The position numbers and the translations under genes were made by a program. Below, piece by piece: positions 62,202-64,000 of a stretch of 64,000 nucleotides of DNA. The first letter of the stretch is position 1; each line of letters begins with the position of its first letter. The stretch is from Chthoniobacteraceae bacterium (GTDB lineage Bacteria; Verrucomicrobiota; Verrucomicrobiia; Chthoniobacterales; Chthoniobacteraceae). Location of the stretch: the NCBI GenBank assembly GCA_037190965.1, contig JBBCKI010000023.1:1-64000 (forward strand), in the 5' to 3' direction. The notes under the pieces were generated by a model that was not told the origin of the DNA, ran no database searches, and was given only the letters and a program-made list of their open reading frames with translations.

Positions 62202-63986
62202 TCAAGCCTCCGCAACCACCGGGGCGGGATCGACCCATTTCCCGTGCTCGCGGATCAGATCCTGAAGCCGGTCAACCGCTTCAGCTTCCGGGATATTGAA
62301 TTTTACCGGGGTCTTGCCCACGTAAAGATTCACCTTGCCGGGAGCGCCGCCGACGTACCCGAAATCGGCATCGGCCATTTCGCCCGGGCCGTTGACGATG
62401 CACCCCATGATGGCGATTTTGACGCCTTTGAGATGGACGGTGGCTTTCTTGATTCGAGCGGTGGTCTCCTGCAAATTGAAAAGGGTCCGCCCGCACGAGG
62501 GGCAGGCCACATAATCGGTCTTGAAGATGCGCGCTCCCGCGGCTTGTAGGATGTTGTAGGCAAGGCGTAGCGACTGACCAGGGGCCGATTCGCCCTGGAT
62601 CAGGACGGCATCGCCGATCCCGTCGCAAAGGAGCGAGCCGATGGCGGCGGAAGAGGTCAGCAGTGTCTCCACGAACTCCGTCGGCTCGTCGGTTTTCGGC
62701 GGATGAAGGGTATCCTTGAGAAGGATCGGGTGATGCTCCAGCACACGCGAGGCAAGGAGCCTGTATGCCGCGATCACCGGCAGGTCGAGCCCGTCGGCGA
62801 TGGTGACGAGCGTCGGCTGCGGCGCGCCATTGAGTTCCGCAACCGCGATGTCGTCCCGCGGGTCGATCGCAAGGGCTCCGGCGGATTCCGCGACGATCTC
62901 GGGCTTGAAGTCTCCCAGGCGATCGATTTTGTGCGCGAGCGCATTCCATTTTGCCTGCGAGGTAAAAACGCGGATCGTCTCCTCGCCGCCAAGTGGCACG
63001 CCCTGAATCTCCAGCCGGGCCGAAGCGCGGCGGCGGTATTCGAAGGGCTTGTAGCCCGGCGGAATATTGAAGCAATCATGCGCCTCCTGAGGAGGCCGCT
63101 CCGCGTTGAAGGGGGCCACCAGCGCTTTCGCCACCGGGATCTCATGCACGCTGTCCTCGGTCAGCGAAACGCGGACGGTATCGCCGATGCCGTCGTTGAG
63201 GAGCGAGCCGATGCCGATGGCGCTCTTGATGCGGCCATCCTCCCCGTCGCCCGCCTCGGTCACGCCGAGGTGGATCGGGTAATTCCAGCCCGGCTCTTCG
63301 GCGTCGAGTTCATCGAGCCGCGAGACAAGCAGACGGTACGCCTGGATCATCACCTTCGGGTTGCTAGCTTTCATCGAGAAGACGAACGCATGGTAGTCGA
63401 GGTCGCGCGCGATGCGGGCGAACTCCAGCGCGCTCTCCACCATGCCGAGCGGCGTGTCGCCGTAACGGTTCATGATGCGGTCGCTCAAGGAGCCGTGATT
63501 GGTGCCGATCCGCATGGCAACACCCCGGGCCTTGCAAAACTCCACGAGCGGCGCGAACCGGTCGCGAATGCGGCAAAGCTCGGAGGTGTACTGTTCATCG
63601 GTGTACTCGATAATCTTGAATTTCTTGGAGTCCGCGTAGTTGCCCGGGTTGACACGGATTTTCTCGACCCACTTGGCTGCTTCCATCGCCGCTTCCGGCT
63701 TGAAATGAATGTCGGCGACGATCGGCACTTCGCACCCCTGCTCTCTCAATCCCTTGACGATATTCTCCAGGTTCGCGGCATCCTTGACAGTCGGCGCGGT
63801 GATCCGGACGATCTCGCAACCGACGGCGGCGAGATCAAGCGTCTGCCGGATGCACGCGGCGGTGTCCATCGTGTCGCAGGTGATCATCGACTGCACCCGG
63901 ATCGGATTGCTGCCGCCGATACCGACACGACCCACCTTCACTTCGCGGGTCACACGGCGTTGGTAGAGAAATGGGGAGGGATTCAT
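62202..63986 (-). CDS. ispG: (E)-4-hydroxy-3-methylbut-2-enyl-diphosphate synthase, long form
   Basis: IRVQSM, VADIHF, RVNPGN, HLGVTEAG, CPSCGR and MGCIVNGPGE. Confidence 0.97.
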   Translation of the reverse strand: MNPSPFLYQRRVTREVKVGRVGIGGSNPIRVQSMITCDTMDTAACIRQTLDLAAVGCEIVRITAPTVKDAANLENIVKGLREQGCEVPIVADIHFKPEAAMEAAKWVEKIRVNPGNYADSKKFKIIEYTDEQYTSELCRIRDRFAPLVEFCKARGVAMRIGTNHGSLSDRIMNRYGDTPLGMVESALEFARIARDLDYHAFVFSMKASNPKVMIQAYRLLVSRLDELDAEEPGWNYPIHLGVTEAGDGEDGRIKSAIGIGSLLNDGIGDTVRVSLTEDSVHEIPVAKALVAPFNAERPPQEAHDCFNIPPGYKPFEYRRRASARLEIQGVPLGGEETIRVFTSQAKWNALAHKIDRLGDFKPEIVAESAGALAIDPRDDIAVAELNGAPQPTLVTIADGLDLPVIAAYRLLASRVLEHHPILLKDTLHPPKTDEPTEFVETLLTSSAAIGSLLCDGIGDAVLIQGESAPGQSLRLAYNILQAAGARIFKTDYVACPSCGRTLFNLQETTARIKKATVHLKGVKIAIMGCIVNGPGEMADADFGYVGGAPGKVNLYVGKTPVKFNIPEAEAVDRLQDLIREHGKWVDPAPVVAEA

Positions 63987-64000
63987 GGTGCGTGTTTCGT

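Overview
This is a bacterial chromosomal window, most likely from Verrucomicrobiota. The clues are a PEP-CTERM protein, a prepilin/H-X9-DG protein, a fused ccoNO and a long three-domain IspG. Positions 1-14950 are a decaying, visibly AT-richer genomic island anchored at tRNA-Glu(CTC). It has two broken tyrosine integrases, an excisionase-like HTH, a primase-like remnant and sugar-catabolic cargo, part of it disrupted. Positions 15-48 kb are mostly core genes: cimA, a cbb3 oxidase operon facing a radical SAM and PocR-AraC pair, sahR-like/metK/ahcY, vapBC, recA, a WYL-VOC pair, MATE, TolC, xerD and an mhq-like quinone detoxification cluster. Positions 48-62 kb are an uncharacterised carbohydrate-type locus whose four promoters share one candidate GntR operator. 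ispG closes the window. The notable non-coding or unannotated signals are a leader-peptide attenuator before the MATE pump, three copies of a ~170 bp REPIN-like structured repeat, a 168 bp TA-flanked hairpin after ahcY, several operators and small ORFs missed by the ORF track. All calls were made by eye, with no database searches.
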